Assembly: GCA_965644495.1 (NCBI GenBank)
Contig: CBFFSA010000003.1
Location: forward strand, 186,001-250,000
DNA length: 64,000 nt
Reading direction: 5' to 3'
From: Perkinsela sp. CCAP 1560/9
Lineage: Eukaryota; Protista; Euglenozoa: Kinetoplastea
Positions 45,234-57,275 of this stretch are shown here, piece after piece. The notes beneath the pieces are model-generated. The model saw only the letters and a program-made list of their open reading frames with translations. It had not been told where the DNA came from and did not search any database. Each line of letters opens with the position of its first letter. Positions within the stretch are counted from its first letter, which is position 1. The translations under genes and the position numbers were made by a program.

Positions 45234-45704
45234 TTTTACGGGCATAATCTCTCTTGGGCGATTACGTTTCATCTATTTTTTGGGACAAGATTTTCTCTAT
45301 AATAGGTGGCAAAAAAACCTTTCGAATGCTAAACTTTTTTATATTCATTCTTATTTCTTTGGTAGAACGAACTGAGGTGAACTATCTACGGGTACTATTA
45401 GGTGACACTCATGCCTACACTACTAGCACACATTACCAGCGCAACGGTGATATTTAATCAATAGCTCTATACAAAAGAAAAAAAACCGAAACATTCGAAC
45501 GGTTTTTTTGCTGACTGTACAACACTTCTGTTTTGAGATATTTTCATGACAGTTGATTTTATGTGCTTCTGAGAAGGAAGTAGTTGATTTTCAATTTTTT
45601 TTGAAAGTGTGCAATATTGGCGGAATCTGACCGAGTTTACGACCACCGCAGTAGCTATGTAACGGGCTCCTTCCATGAGATCAACAAATCTCGCAATGTT
45701 TACA

Positions 45705-48700
45705 TTATGTATTAGGAATGGTCAAATTATTATGAGGAATAGAAAGTGTACCTCGCTCTTTCCACGGGATCTTCGTAGCTTGTACAGGGATAGGTGTGTT
45801 AATTAGTCGATAAACAAAGTTAATTAAGCCTTTGGCTTGCTCGTCTTGATTTTCATCAGCTGAACATAATAGCTCCTGAAGCAAAACGTTTTGTATATAA
45901 TTCTTTAGAACTATAACGTTGTTATAGGTACTTTCGTCCATATGTGCTACGAGCCACTTATCGATCACGCAAAGTCCAAGGTCATTTCGATACTCGAAGT
46001 CAGTCAGATCGACTCCAAATAATAGTACGTGCCACATGGATATGCTTGTAACGCAATTTAGAGTAGGCGGATGTTTCGCGGTACGTTGTTCATCGGAGTA
46101 TACAAAATATGGCGAAGAAACATGCGGAACAACGCTACTTTGAGGACCAATGCGCATTAAGATTTCCATCTTTGTTCGACACTCTGTAGCTTGTAGCCCC
46201 ACGCCGCTTCCTCGGTATAACGCAATTCGTGGTGCATGCATGGTGCACAAAATACTCTTGGCCATGCCGACGGATAATGAGTAAGTCGATAGCTTCCCAG
46301 TATCGACGAACGCCGTTTCTTCGTTATTACACGCAAGCCTCGCATCTGCAGGTACTAATCCAATATTCTGAAGAATACCATAGTACTGCTTCTTGCATTT
46401 GGCTACAGACTTGAGTGAGTTATGGCAGAGGTTGGATTCGCCTAAAAAGTGAGCAACTTTGCTCGCTTCATGCATCGATAAAAATGCCCACTGATTATAT
46501 GCATTCACCTGGGCAAGGTGGTCGGACATTGTTTGATTCATAAAAATATCGATTTGAACTTTATTTTCCTCCGCTTCTCCGCGAAATATACTTTTAACTT
46601 CCTCTAAAGCAGCTAGTGTCAATGCTGTGTCCAAGCAACAAAGGGCACATCCAAGCACAAGCGCTTTTGCAACAGAAGGTCGCACAGGAAAAAAACTCAT
46701 GGCACGGCCCAATGCAGTCAAGTTTTCTTGGGCTGTAATTGCATCCAATTTTCTTAAATTTTTTAGCGCCAATTCGACGTTTTGCGGTGGAGGTGGGATG
46801 AGGGCCTCTTCAAAGAAGCGTCGCGGATCTTTTCTCACGTCCCTCATGGAGAGCAATTGAAGCAACGTAGAGTCCAGGGAAACATTCTCTATTTCTGCCT
46901 TCCTATACGGAGCCATGGCTTCGTAATCTTTCGAGCTAAACATCCGGTAGCAGATACCTCCTTGCGTGCGTCCCGCACGTCCTTTGCGCTGAACACAATT
47001 GGCTTGTGAAGCAAGACGTATAGTGAGCTGAGATGACGTCATATATTCGTTTTGACCAATGCTTGTATTTCCTTTGTGCCTATGAAAAATTAATTCTTTG
47101 CTGCGTCCGAAATCGATGACGACCTTTACATCTGGAAGCGTTACAGCACTCTCCGCAATATTCGTAGCAAGAATAATTTTCACCTTATTTTGAGAAACAG
47201 GTAAGAAACATTGCCTTTGCTGTGCACTTGCGACGCTACTATGTAGAACAAAAGTCTCAAATTCAGGTACTGAGCCAATAACTTCAGAGACAGACCGAAT
47301 TTCGGATATTCCCGGAAGAAATATAAGTACACAGCGACCGTAGATATCATCATGTACGAGTGAATATTTCAACACGAATAATAGAAGTCTAAAATCTAGA
47401 AGAGTTTCAGCACGCAGTGGAACACCCTTTTCTGCAGTAATCAGAGATGGAGACGTGAAATTGTCCGCTTTCGCTAAGAGTCCTATATCCTCTAAAAACA
47501 GTGTTTTCACAGGATAGAGCTTACCTTCCACTTGTAGAACAGGCACATGCTTGACACCTACACCTGCACCTACACCTGCACCGCCTGTTTCCAAACAACT
47601 GTGGCCTGCAGTTTCAAAATAAATTTTAAATTGTTCCGCATTTAACGTCGCTGACATTATTATTACTCGTAGATCTGGGCGACGGATCCGTAATCTGCGG
47701 ACAAAAATGAGTAACAAATCGGTGTTCAAGTCTCTCTCATGAACTTCATCAATAATTAAATGTGAAACGCCCTCAAGTTTGGTGTTGTTGTTCATTAAAC
47801 GCAATAGCATCCCCGTAGTACAAAAGTTAAGTGATGCCCCCCTTCGGACATCAAAGCGGACCATGTACCCCACTTTACCACCCACTTGACTCTCACCGAG
47901 CTCAAAGGCAACGCGTTCAGCTATAGAAATAGCACTTATCCTACGAGGTTGAGTCACAAGAACTCGAGCACTACGGTTATTGTTCAAAATGTATTGGGGG
48001 ATTTGAGTAGTTTTACCACAACCAGTAGTACCACATATAATGATGACCGAGTATTGTTGTAGCACAGTAAGCATACGTTCTTTAATTTGGCTTATTGGGA
48101 GAATAGTACCCGTTTGTTTAGCATTGAACACTCTACCAATGTACTGTACGCCGCTCCATGAATCCGACTTAATACCTCTGCTGAAAAGGTCTGAGACGGG
48201 ATCATCCGCAGTGTCGGATGACTCGTCAATCTCATCGAAGTTATTCTCTGTAGTGCTTATCGTATCGATAAGGTCAAGCAAAACTGCAGTCTCAGATAAA
48301 GCTATATTTACCGAAGGTATGTATTCGGGTTGTAGTTGCGGATTCGACTCCAAAATACTTACTAACGATTGAAACGTCAAAGACATTTCATTCAAAGCAG
48401 AAAACATTTTCCGTACAGCGATGTCACAAGCCCCATTTAGAGTCCCATGCGTACCTTGAGAAACGATTTCATTTTTAGAATCTCCATGTACTAGACTCAT
48501 TGTGCATGTCTTTGATGTCGTGCCCGTAAAGCTCAGCTGCGTCGAACTTGTTTTTGTTTTTAAAAAAGGAAGATCCAGGCAAATTACGTACAAATCAATG
48601 ATACAGCGCATCAGTTTGACGTTCTCTTCGATTACAGTGACGTGACTCGGTATTGTATTATAGATTTTCCACTGAAATTCATCATCAATTCGACGAAGTA

Positions 48701-51700
48701 TTTCCAAAGCATGTACAGCTGCTTTTCGTTTCGAAATGGCGATTCGTTTGTCACATCCGAAGGCTGTATATTCAGGATATCCAGGAAGTTGCATTGATGC
48801 AAGGTGGAAACTATTCGTACTTTCAATTTCTACTTTAGGAAATTGATATCCCTTCCGAGTACAGAAATTATACAAATTGGTACGGGCATGAATCTCTTCA
48901 ATGTCACTATTTTCCGCGGCGTCAAGCGAAGTATCCTGAAAATAGTCTCCACAATAGGGTGGTTTTAAACTTGACATACGCCAAGCATTTTCTTGTCTTC
49001 TTGATTTGAAAACGTAGTTCGAACACTCCTCAACGTAAGATCGCCATCTCTCTACCATTTGGGGGAAACCAATTTCTTCCATTTGAAATCTATTAGGAAT
49101 ATTGTTGACTGATAGACACTCCGTTGCCACCGAAGCGTGGCCACTCGCATTGAGTCGGAGCGGTGCCGAAACACCGGTCTTGGAGCCTTCCGTCTTCGTG
49201 CTTGTGGCGCAGTTGGCGTTGATTTCATGTTGAAAACTGCATACTATACGTATTGGAACTATGTTTTGTGGTTCTTTATCTAAAGCTTTTGATTCTGCTT
49301 GAAGCGTAGTGGAGTATGCTTGAGGACCTGAAAGAGAAACGCCGGCAGCCTCCACGACTTGAACAGCATTCAGGAGAAGACAAAGGTGAATATGGGAAAC
49401 AGGAGCAATTCCATATACATGTATGTGAGTGAAAACTTCTTCTCTGGGAGAAGGTAACCAGCCATGCAGAACAACATTTGATTTTCCTATACTAGAAGTT
49501 TGACCTTTTATGAGCGATAACACATTAAAGTCCGGGTGTTTTGTTCTTAAATAGTGACCAAGACTCTCTATTGAAGCGATATACCTTTTGAACTCCTCAT
49601 TCATAAGCATTGAGGTTTGCCCTTTTTCCCCTAACAGGATACTCTTCAAATTTCGAATGTTGGTCGTCATAATTATGGGTTTACACTTTTGAATGTCAGA
49701 CCGATCACACTCCGTCAAATCAGGGACGGCTCGTCCTTCGTGCAACGTACGATGTACAAGGCGCAGCGGCGGTGGCCGAGGTGCTTTCTTGAGTTGTTCA
49801 ACAAAACAAGTTTCACGGGTACTTGAAATGGCCCATCGTCTACGACTTTTAACGGTTTGCGAGTGCTGGATTTGCAACTTTTCATCATCGTATAATGCCA
49901 ATCCTAACGCATCGATTAAGAGTTCCATGTGCATGAAGGCGCAATACTCAGCGTGAGAACGTACAATAGATTCACCAACAGCTTTCAAAGACTCGAACTG
50001 GTTCAAGTTCTTTGGTAGAGAAAAAATTAGTTCGCATCTTATTATGCTATACATGGTGTATTTTCCATTTTCCGCGTCACACCGCAAGGCTCTTATCGTG
50101 TATTGCGGTATCGGCACTTGATAACTTAAACGAGAGCACCACGATTTTACCCTAGTTTTACTTCTTAGGCACAATAGCTCCGGGCTATGCAAAGTATGGT
50201 AACATCTTTCTCTCGCAAGGCGGTCAACTTTAACTGCAATGTAGCCGTCCCTTGTCATTCTGTATTGTGGCTCATTGAAAGAAGAAAAATCGGTAGCTCT
50301 CCGCTGAAAATCACTGCCGTCGGATTCGCTATTACTTTGGCTACGAGACATATTTCTGCTAGTAAGGAAATTTTTTGTATCATCTCCTTTTTCAATATCA
50401 GATGAGATATTCGCAGATGAGTCACAGGGAACGCCAGTTCCATCTGCCAACCGCCTGTAAGCAGGTAAACTCACTGCAGAGCATGTTTGATTTTTTGTAG
50501 GCATCCATCGAGACGAAGGTGATATGCCATAGAAATGGAGGATTGAACAAGCATGCATAAAAGAAAGTACCTCTGCGTCGTAACTGTTTCTAGCTGAACC
50601 TACTGCAAAAAAGCTCTGCAGCCCACCAGTGAGAGGTAAATGCAAGATTCGCCTGTGAAAAACGCGATCAACCTCTACCTGATGGCCGTGTATCGATATC
50701 GAATGTCTTGAAAATCTTCCCCAAAAATAAAGAGGAAAAGATTTATTCTCCAATGTTCCAAGTTGCCCTATGTGCTTCAAATACTGCTTAATATTTCGTT
50801 CTGCATAACCATCTAGACGTCTCACGTCTACGTGATTTTCCGTATATAAGTGCGGCGGACTATTTTCATTACATTTACTTTGATGCGGTGCTCGAATGAC
50901 ACGGAATGGATGAGGTGGATCATATTTCATACTCATCGCGTCTCCAAGTTTCGGAGCAGATCGACCAAAGAACACTGCCATTCTTCTATGTTCAGCTTGA
51001 GGAGCATTTTCATTGTAAATACATACATTGAAGTAGTCAATGACATGCTCAATGTGTTGACACATTGCGATTTCTGCATCCTTATCACGAGCTGCCACCC
51101 CGACACCTTTTAGAGGGCCACATGGTCCTTGAAATCCCGGAATCTCGGCTTGACAGACCCAATACGTGTCATTCCCCGAAACGTGCTTGGTGTGCTTAGT
51201 GGCCGCTTCTAAATCAATGCGATATCGTCGATAATATTTAATGACACGAGGTCTACATGCATAAAAGTCAAGAACAGAAGAAGTCGTACTATACTGGGAT
51301 GAAATAACCTCATCAATTCTCGGAGGATAAACTTCATTGAATGGTCCGCAAAGAATGCTTTCTCTGCGATCACGCGATTTGCTGCCAGAAATATTAAGAT
51401 TCGAAGAAGCGGGAGTAGGATTTTCTATTACGTGTACGACGTTTTTGGGTGATGGTTTTACGCCAGAACATCCTGATGACTCTGAGCAATATAATGGATC
51501 TGGTAATTTATTGCGTGAAGGTGTGTCAGTCACACGTTCTCCAGGTAACGGAGCCCAAAGTCCTTGTGCGCGACGGGCTAACGCATGCTTCCTTTGCGTC
51601 GTTGGCATTAAATAAATCTCTTTTCCAAAAGCATCCAATAAGCGTTCACAGTGCATATAGAAAAGGGTTTCCGCTATTTTTTGGGTCCGGGATACGCCTA

Positions 51701-52466
51701 CTGCTATTGCATCACCACAGTTTAACAAATCTGGAAGCGTTCCGCAATACCACCACGAGTTTATATATTCGTCACCAATGCGGGTTTTATGCTCAAAACT
51801 CTTAATCTTTAAATTGTTTTTCATATTGTCAGAGCACATGCTCTCTGACTTATCTTGTCTTTGGAAGAAACTTGTAACCCGCGTCTTACTCATAACGTCC
51901 AAAGATTCCTGGCATACTGAACAGAATTCCTTTTGCACGAATTTCAATATGCGACCCTCCTTCTCCTTTGACCCATCTTCGTTACACCATTCTTTCGGCA
52001 TAAAGCCAAAAACATCCTCCAAATGTAGGTCGTCCTCCAGTATTCGAAGTTCAATACGAATGAGTTTATCATTTAAAATAGGAGCTCTCCGAGACCCGTA
52101 GTCCTGCTTAGCACCATTTTTCGAGGTGGAAAGAGCGGGTTGTTGCACTAAAGGAATAGAACACGTGTAATCGTGTTGCCTATGGGCCTGACCTACGTAA
52201 GCTCTCGGTGGACATGTTAGCTTTTGAGTTGGATTCCGTCTGAGATCTGGAGTACTAGTTGACACATCCTTTATTTGTATGTTCCCTTTCTTGAAAGGAG
52301 ACGGTGCAAGGGTACTTTTATCGTTTCGTTTTTCATCTGTTACAGTATTGCCTCGTACTTCTTGGGATGAAAACAAATGATTACCCTTCGTGGGCTGTAC
52401 GACATAGCTCCGTATATTGAGTCGGATAAACAGTGGGACGGAGACTTTTACAATTCCATATCGCAT
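45705..52466 (-). CDS. REH2: Large DEAH/RHA RNA helicase, REH2 (kinetoplastid RNA-editing helicase 2)-like
   Basis: GTTGCGKTTQIPQY, TQPRRISA, DEVHER, MSAT, ATNIAES, QRKGRAGR; ~1450-aa N-terminus with repeated dsRBD-like A.G.....AE...MH.E..lD..G modules; 2253 aa. Confidence 0.85.
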   Translation of the reverse strand: MRYGIVKVSVPLFIRLNIRSYVVQPTKGNHLFSSQEVRGNTVTDEKRNDKSTLAPSPFKKGNIQIKDVSTSTPDLRRNPTQKLTCPPRAYVGQAHRQHDYTCSIPLVQQPALSTSKNGAKQDYGSRRAPILNDKLIRIELRILEDDLHLEDVFGFMPKEWCNEDGSKEKEGRILKFVQKEFCSVCQESLDVMSKTRVTSFFQRQDKSESMCSDNMKNNLKIKSFEHKTRIGDEYINSWWYCGTLPDLLNCGDAIAVGVSRTQKIAETLFYMHCERLLDAFGKEIYLMPTTQRKHALARRAQGLWAPLPGERVTDTPSRNKLPDPLYCSESSGCSGVKPSPKNVVHVIENPTPASSNLNISGSKSRDRRESILCGPFNEVYPPRIDEVISSQYSTTSSVLDFYACRPRVIKYYRRYRIDLEAATKHTKHVSGNDTYWVCQAEIPGFQGPCGPLKGVGVAARDKDAEIAMCQHIEHVIDYFNVCIYNENAPQAEHRRMAVFFGRSAPKLGDAMSMKYDPPHPFRVIRAPHQSKCNENSPPHLYTENHVDVRRLDGYAERNIKQYLKHIGQLGTLENKSFPLYFWGRFSRHSISIHGHQVEVDRVFHRRILHLPLTGGLQSFFAVGSARNSYDAEVLSFMHACSILHFYGISPSSRWMPTKNQTCSAVSLPAYRRLADGTGVPCDSSANISSDIEKGDDTKNFLTSRNMSRSQSNSESDGSDFQRRATDFSSFNEPQYRMTRDGYIAVKVDRLARERCYHTLHSPELLCLRSKTRVKSWCSRLSYQVPIPQYTIRALRCDAENGKYTMYSIIRCELIFSLPKNLNQFESLKAVGESIVRSHAEYCAFMHMELLIDALGLALYDDEKLQIQHSQTVKSRRRWAISSTRETCFVEQLKKAPRPPPLRLVHRTLHEGRAVPDLTECDRSDIQKCKPIIMTTNIRNLKSILLGEKGQTSMLMNEEFKRYIASIESLGHYLRTKHPDFNVLSLIKGQTSSIGKSNVVLHGWLPSPREEVFTHIHVYGIAPVSHIHLCLLLNAVQVVEAAGVSLSGPQAYSTTLQAESKALDKEPQNIVPIRIVCSFQHEINANCATSTKTEGSKTGVSAPLRLNASGHASVATECLSVNNIPNRFQMEEIGFPQMVERWRSYVEECSNYVFKSRRQENAWRMSSLKPPYCGDYFQDTSLDAAENSDIEEIHARTNLYNFCTRKGYQFPKVEIESTNSFHLASMQLPGYPEYTAFGCDKRIAISKRKAAVHALEILRRIDDEFQWKIYNTIPSHVTVIEENVKLMRCIIDLYVICLDLPFLKTKTSSTQLSFTGTTSKTCTMSLVHGDSKNEIVSQGTHGTLNGACDIAVRKMFSALNEMSLTFQSLVSILESNPQLQPEYIPSVNIALSETAVLLDLIDTISTTENNFDEIDESSDTADDPVSDLFSRGIKSDSWSGVQYIGRVFNAKQTGTILPISQIKERMLTVLQQYSVIIICGTTGCGKTTQIPQYILNNNRSARVLVTQPRRISAISIAERVAFELGESQVGGKVGYMVRFDVRRGASLNFCTTGMLLRLMNNNTKLEGVSHLIIDEVHERDLNTDLLLIFVRRLRIRRPDLRVIIMSATLNAEQFKIYFETAGHSCLETGGAGVGAGVGVKHVPVLQVEGKLYPVKTLFLEDIGLLAKADNFTSPSLITAEKGVPLRAETLLDFRLLLFVLKYSLVHDDIYGRCVLIFLPGISEIRSVSEVIGSVPEFETFVLHSSVASAQQRQCFLPVSQNKVKIILATNIAESAVTLPDVKVVIDFGRSKELIFHRHKGNTSIGQNEYMTSSQLTIRLASQANCVQRKGRAGRTQGGICYRMFSSKDYEAMAPYRKAEIENVSLDSTLLQLLSMRDVRKDPRRFFEEALIPPPPQNVELALKNLRKLDAITAQENLTALGRAMSFFPVRPSVAKALVLGCALCCLDTALTLAALEEVKSIFRGEAEENKVQIDIFMNQTMSDHLAQVNAYNQWAFLSMHEASKVAHFLGESNLCHNSLKSVAKCKKQYYGILQNIGLVPADARLACNNEETAFVDTGKLSTYSLSVGMAKSILCTMHAPRIALYRGSGVGLQATECRTKMEILMRIGPQSSVVPHVSSPYFVYSDEQRTAKHPPTLNCVTSISMWHVLLFGVDLTDFEYRNDLGLCVIDKWLVAHMDESTYNNVIVLKNYIQNVLLQELLCSADENQDEQAKGLINFVYRLINTPIPVQATKIPWKERGTLSIPHNNLTIPNT

Positions 52467-52728
52467 CTCCTGGCGCGGTAGAAAGAGGTGGTATAACAGC
52501 TTCCCACTTTCTCACTTTTTTGACCCATGCATTAAGACTTGAAATGGCGATCACATAGATTTGTAACGAAATAAACTAATAAAAAAAATCTTTTTCACTT
52601 GTTTCCTGATGAAGCAAATAATATTTTTTCCTTTAGTTTTGAGCTAACATTTTTTGCTGCGTAATACGTAACGAAATATTTTTTAACAGGATAACACAGA
52701 TACGCTGAAAAGAATCAATGGCCATTTT

Positions 52729-55593
52729 TTATGAATCCATATTATATACGATGCTGTTTCCTATCAAACTTACCTTGGAGTTCAGAAGAGATCCTCTTTG
52801 CAGAATACTACGTAACGTTGCCACAGAAACATTGTCTCGACTGATAACTTCCGCTAACCTGTGAAATGGGATTGTAATACGTCCATGTTCACTTTCCATG
52901 CGATCTTTCTGAAGCTTAGTAGCCCTTTTCCTTGCCTCCCAAAACCGTTGTTTATTAAGATCTATTCCATTTTCAGCAGCTTCACGACTTATCATATCTC
53001 GGAGACGCGTTTCAACTAGTGGAATCCAGCGCTTATCGTCGCTAACCATATATTTTCTAAATTTCGCGAAAAGGTGGCTTTGTTCTCCCAGTTTGTGCCT
53101 TCGTAAGTAGCATCTTAAAAAAAGACCAATGGCAGCATTAAAGTCTTCCTCAAGAACAAACTCCCTCAAGAAAATCCTTGCGTGAGCCTCTGCAAGCCGA
53201 AGAACGCTTTCCAATTCTCGAATTGTAATGGAACTTTCCTGGCGAAGCTCTGCGAAAAGATGAGGAATACGGTGAGGGTCCGTATGTACGATTCGAGGAT
53301 GACATTTTGTGCGCGCATAATATATGTATTGTTTTAAAAGACTCTGACGAAGAGGAAGTGACGTAGAAGGGTTGCTATCTTCACAAAGATCTGTTTCACG
53401 TGTGAGTAGAGTAGTGCTATCCTGGTTTTGTGGACTTCCGTTCGCAAAGGTCACTCGATCGTCGCCGTCGGTAGGGTCTGTGTGCATTTCCTCAGAAGCA
53501 GATGGATGATTCATACGATGAGAAGACGTAACAAATTTTCCTAACATGCAATCCTGCTCGACGGAAGGCTCATCACAAATGATGAATATTAGATCAAATC
53601 GAGAGAGAATAGGTTTTGTTAGCTGCACGTTTTCGTTCAACGATGTACTACTGTCATACCTGCCTGTTATCGGATTCGCAGCAGCAATGACTGTACATCG
53701 TGCAGAAAGAGTTGTCACAATACCTGCCCGTGCAACTGAGATCGTCTGCTGCTCCATTGCTTCATGAATAGAGGTGCGATCGTGATCGTTCATTTTATCA
53801 AACTCATCGATAAGGCAAACGCCGCGATCGGCGATAACCATTGCGCCCCCTTCAAGTACGTATTCTCCTGAAACCACGTCACGGTGAACGGCTGCAGTAA
53901 GTCCCACTGCACTAGAACCTTTTCCGGTAGTAAAAACAGCGCGATGTGAGGTCCGCTCCACCCATTTTAAAAATTGTGACTTGCCTGTACCTGGATCACC
54001 CAACAAAAGCACATTTAGATCGCCTCGTATGCGATGTCCTGTGCGATGTTTCGGAACTCCCCCTAGAAGGGACAACAATAATCCAAGTTTAACATCAGAA
54101 TGTCCGTGTATTGATGGAGCCACGCTGCGAAGTAACTTATGCTTAACGTCAGGATGATTCGAAAGTCGTCGAATAAGTTCTTGTTCATCATCAAGCACTT
54201 CGCCACTAAACTCTGCACGGCTTTGGGTAATGTTGTTCACATCAATTGTTGTGAGAAAAACAGGGAATCCTTGTTTGTGATGAAGAACCGGGTCATAGCT
54301 ATGCTTAAAAATCCCAACAACGAGTACGTCGTCACCTGGCTTCGCTGTGTCCACCAAGTCTTCAGTAACGCTAAGCTCAATAGTTCGAGGAAGTCTCCCT
54401 GCTGGGACCGATCCGGGACTTTCTTGCAGGGCCATGATTTGGTGGTTCTTATATGTACTCTGTACAGTGTTTAATTTGAAAGGACCTCGGCTTTGGCAGT
54501 GTGTGCACGCAACTGGACGAACCTCTTTTGGGCCATTTTGGACCAAGGGTCCGACAGCCATTCCACATATTCCACACTCAAATATGGCGCTTAAAAGCTG
54601 TTTGAACACCACTGAACGCCGGACTATCACGCCATCAACATGCACGAAGCTTCGAAGTTGAACACTACGCAACTCACGAATTGAATCCTTTACCATTACG
54701 CCAACGATCCGTACGTATGTGGAAGGTCTTCTGCCAGAATACAAAGGAAACATGACAGCCATCAGATCAGAAACAGAATCGTGGAGCAAAGGCAATATAT
54801 CCGCAGGTACATCCGCCAACCATTTTCCTATCACTGCTTTGTGAGAGCTGCAGAGATGTAGGAATTCTACTTCAAGGCTCTGACGATTCTCTCTGGCCAT
54901 GCTCTGTAATTTTTGGCGGTAGATATGCACATCCCCGTTGCGATGGTACCAAAGAATGTTTTTCACGGCATACTTAATACATTGACGAACGCGAAGATCT
55001 TGCACCCACTCCGAGAGATTCGTTCTAATCGTAGTCCAGTCAAAATCATCCGAAGCATTGTCGTCTTCGACGTGGCGCCTAAAGTTTTCTTCCCATTCGC
55101 CTTCCTGGGATTTTTTTGATGGATTTTCAAGTTGAACTCCCCGCGAAGCCTTATTGTTTCGTAGCTTACCGACAATCCCTTTACTGCCCCTTTGCCTTCT
55201 ATACTTCTTTCTGTGTTCTAAAGACTCAATATTTGCATCGAAAAGACCAACTCCGTCTATACCTTCTTCTTCTGATTCACTTACAGGCTCTGACACCAAA
55301 TCTGCACCCAAAGTGTTCTCTTCCAAAGACGGGATAATACGATCGTTGACACGTCTATTCAATATATCATCAATATATGATTGCGCTGCTTCTTGATCGG
55401 CACTCGAAATATCGGTGTTGGAATCAATAAAATTCGCATCACTGGTATTTTCCGACGATAAATCAGAGTCTGAATGTGATTCATAATCTTGGAAAAGCAT
55501 CTCTTCTGCGTAGAGATCGTCACCCTCGGGTTCCTCCTCAAAGGAACTCTCACTGTCACTTCTCACAGGATACGTGCTCGGTTCTTGACCCAT
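52729..55593 (-). CDS. MCM2: DNA replication licensing factor MCM2
   Basis: Acidic N-terminus, C4 zinc finger, QESPGSVPAGRLPR, GDPGTGKSQ, IDEFDKM, IHEAMEQQ, LSRFD. Confidence 0.95.
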   Translation of the reverse strand: MGQEPSTYPVRSDSESSFEEEPEGDDLYAEEMLFQDYESHSDSDLSSENTSDANFIDSNTDISSADQEAAQSYIDDILNRRVNDRIIPSLEENTLGADLVSEPVSESEEEGIDGVGLFDANIESLEHRKKYRRQRGSKGIVGKLRNNKASRGVQLENPSKKSQEGEWEENFRRHVEDDNASDDFDWTTIRTNLSEWVQDLRVRQCIKYAVKNILWYHRNGDVHIYRQKLQSMARENRQSLEVEFLHLCSSHKAVIGKWLADVPADILPLLHDSVSDLMAVMFPLYSGRRPSTYVRIVGVMVKDSIRELRSVQLRSFVHVDGVIVRRSVVFKQLLSAIFECGICGMAVGPLVQNGPKEVRPVACTHCQSRGPFKLNTVQSTYKNHQIMALQESPGSVPAGRLPRTIELSVTEDLVDTAKPGDDVLVVGIFKHSYDPVLHHKQGFPVFLTTIDVNNITQSRAEFSGEVLDDEQELIRRLSNHPDVKHKLLRSVAPSIHGHSDVKLGLLLSLLGGVPKHRTGHRIRGDLNVLLLGDPGTGKSQFLKWVERTSHRAVFTTGKGSSAVGLTAAVHRDVVSGEYVLEGGAMVIADRGVCLIDEFDKMNDHDRTSIHEAMEQQTISVARAGIVTTLSARCTVIAAANPITGRYDSSTSLNENVQLTKPILSRFDLIFIICDEPSVEQDCMLGKFVTSSHRMNHPSASEEMHTDPTDGDDRVTFANGSPQNQDSTTLLTRETDLCEDSNPSTSLPLRQSLLKQYIYYARTKCHPRIVHTDPHRIPHLFAELRQESSITIRELESVLRLAEAHARIFLREFVLEEDFNAAIGLFLRCYLRRHKLGEQSHLFAKFRKYMVSDDKRWIPLVETRLRDMISREAAENGIDLNKQRFWEARKRATKLQKDRMESEHGRITIPFHRLAEVISRDNVSVATLRSILQRGSLLNSKVSLIGNSIVYNMDS

Positions 55594-56155
55594 GAAGCTG
55601 TAACAAATTGGTATATAAGAGCTATACAGTTTACAAAACGTGAGGTAATACGACGTGGTAACTCCAGTAACTAAACCACATTCAGGCTAACATACCCCCC
55701 CCCCCGGTATGTTATCAAGGTATAGATGTTCAGTAGACTGGTGAAGAAATATAAATGAAAAAAATTTAAAAGTGTTTTTTAGATACAGTTGTTAGAACCT
55801 GTATTTAAAGAATTTTTTAAATCCAATTAGTCGCTCCCTTATCCCAGCGTTGCCGAGTTCTAGTAAAAAGCAACGATAAGAGAGGGTGTAGAAAATGAAC
55901 CGCTTTGCGGGAGGAGTCAAAGCCCCAAAAGCAACGCTAATAAGGGAGGTAGGTACCGGGGCAACGCTAGGATGGGAAGGAGAAAGTAAGTTTCCACTTT
56001 CAAACGAGTGATCATTTCTTTGCTTGTGCACCTCCTTTATTTGGCCACACAGCAACGTTCTCGTAACCTGTCCCCTCTATATAAGAGTCCAAATGTCCAA
56101 ATTCGGAGGACTCCTACATGAACGGTGGACTCGTACATGTATTTAGAGGAGTCTA

Positions 56156-56959
56156 CAGTCCAGCTCTTGGCTTCCCCCCCAGGCTCCAGAGCGCACCGTA
56201 AGAGCTTTTGACCTAATTCCTTCGACATTTAACATATCTCGAAAAACTAGAGCGTTTACCGCCGTCTTTTTGACCATACCGACCCCTATGCACATCATAG
56301 CCAAAAAATACACGAAAAAATAGGTGTTTTTTTCATAATTTACAAAGAAAATCCATTTTTTCCAATTTTTCAAAGCTTTTATCTTTATAAATCTTTAAAT
56401 AGTTTCTCTTTCAATGAATTTGCGGGATACTCCCGTTAAATCTACACAAGGACAGTATGCCAACTCTCCCAAAAACAAAACACCCCCAATCACTCATAAA
56501 ATAGTGCGATGTACCCTCCCAGAGGGTCTTGAAATTGTCCACCAATGTAAAAAGGGGCTTAGTAATCATGCGTTGGCCAAAAAAACAGCTCCGAAAGGCA
56601 ATAAAGAAAGCCTTTGCGATGCTTAAGCGTCATCCTTATCGACGCCAAGTTTTAAATTGTATAAATTCTGTTCCTAAACGCTTGCGCATTGTGCAGCGCG
56701 TTCAAGGAGACCATTGTGGGTACTAGTGTATAGGAATTTATACTCATTTCTTATTTTTTTACCCCCCTTCAAAAATCAAAATTGGGGGAAATTTCCCAAC
56801 TTTCACCACGACCACCTAGGACCCAAGGGGGGGGGGTGATAGGCAAAGCAACGGTGGGAAACGCACTAGCTTTTCGAGATCTGTTGAATGCCGAAGGAAT
56901 TAGGTCAAAAGCTCTTACGATGCGCTCTGGAGCCTGGGGTGGAGACAAGAGCTGGACTG
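56156..56959 (+). mobile_element. Internally deleted Tc1-like element
   Basis: ~100-bp TIRs cagtccagctctt / aagagctggactg with TA flanks; C-terminal remnant SVPKRL...GDHCGY; TIR segment shared with ~13147-13189. Confidence 0.85.
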
Positions 56960-57275
56960 TATAGAACCTCGGCCCCGAGTGCGCTGTTTGAAAACACGAA
57001 TGCAAGAATACCACTCTTCTTATAGTCAAAAAATAGCAACTCCCACTAGGAAAAAAAAATATATAAAGGAAATTGGCGATTTCTACTTATATTATACTTA
57101 TATTTCTACTTATATTATGTATGTAGATATACATAGATATATTCTAATATAGAATATTAGAAACAGGATAATATGAGAATATAAAAGGTATAACATGAGA
57201 AAGTATAAATCGCCAAGAAATTGTAAATCGCCGAGAAAATATACAATGTAAATGGGACCTTTTCTTTAGCTTTTA

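Noticed and set aside
9420-45700. TnpB/Fanzor, IscB, Cas, Helitron or viral genes; tRNA genes
   Set aside because: No RuvC, Rep/helicase, capsid or cloverleaf signatures recognised by eye; a profile search could still find divergent ones
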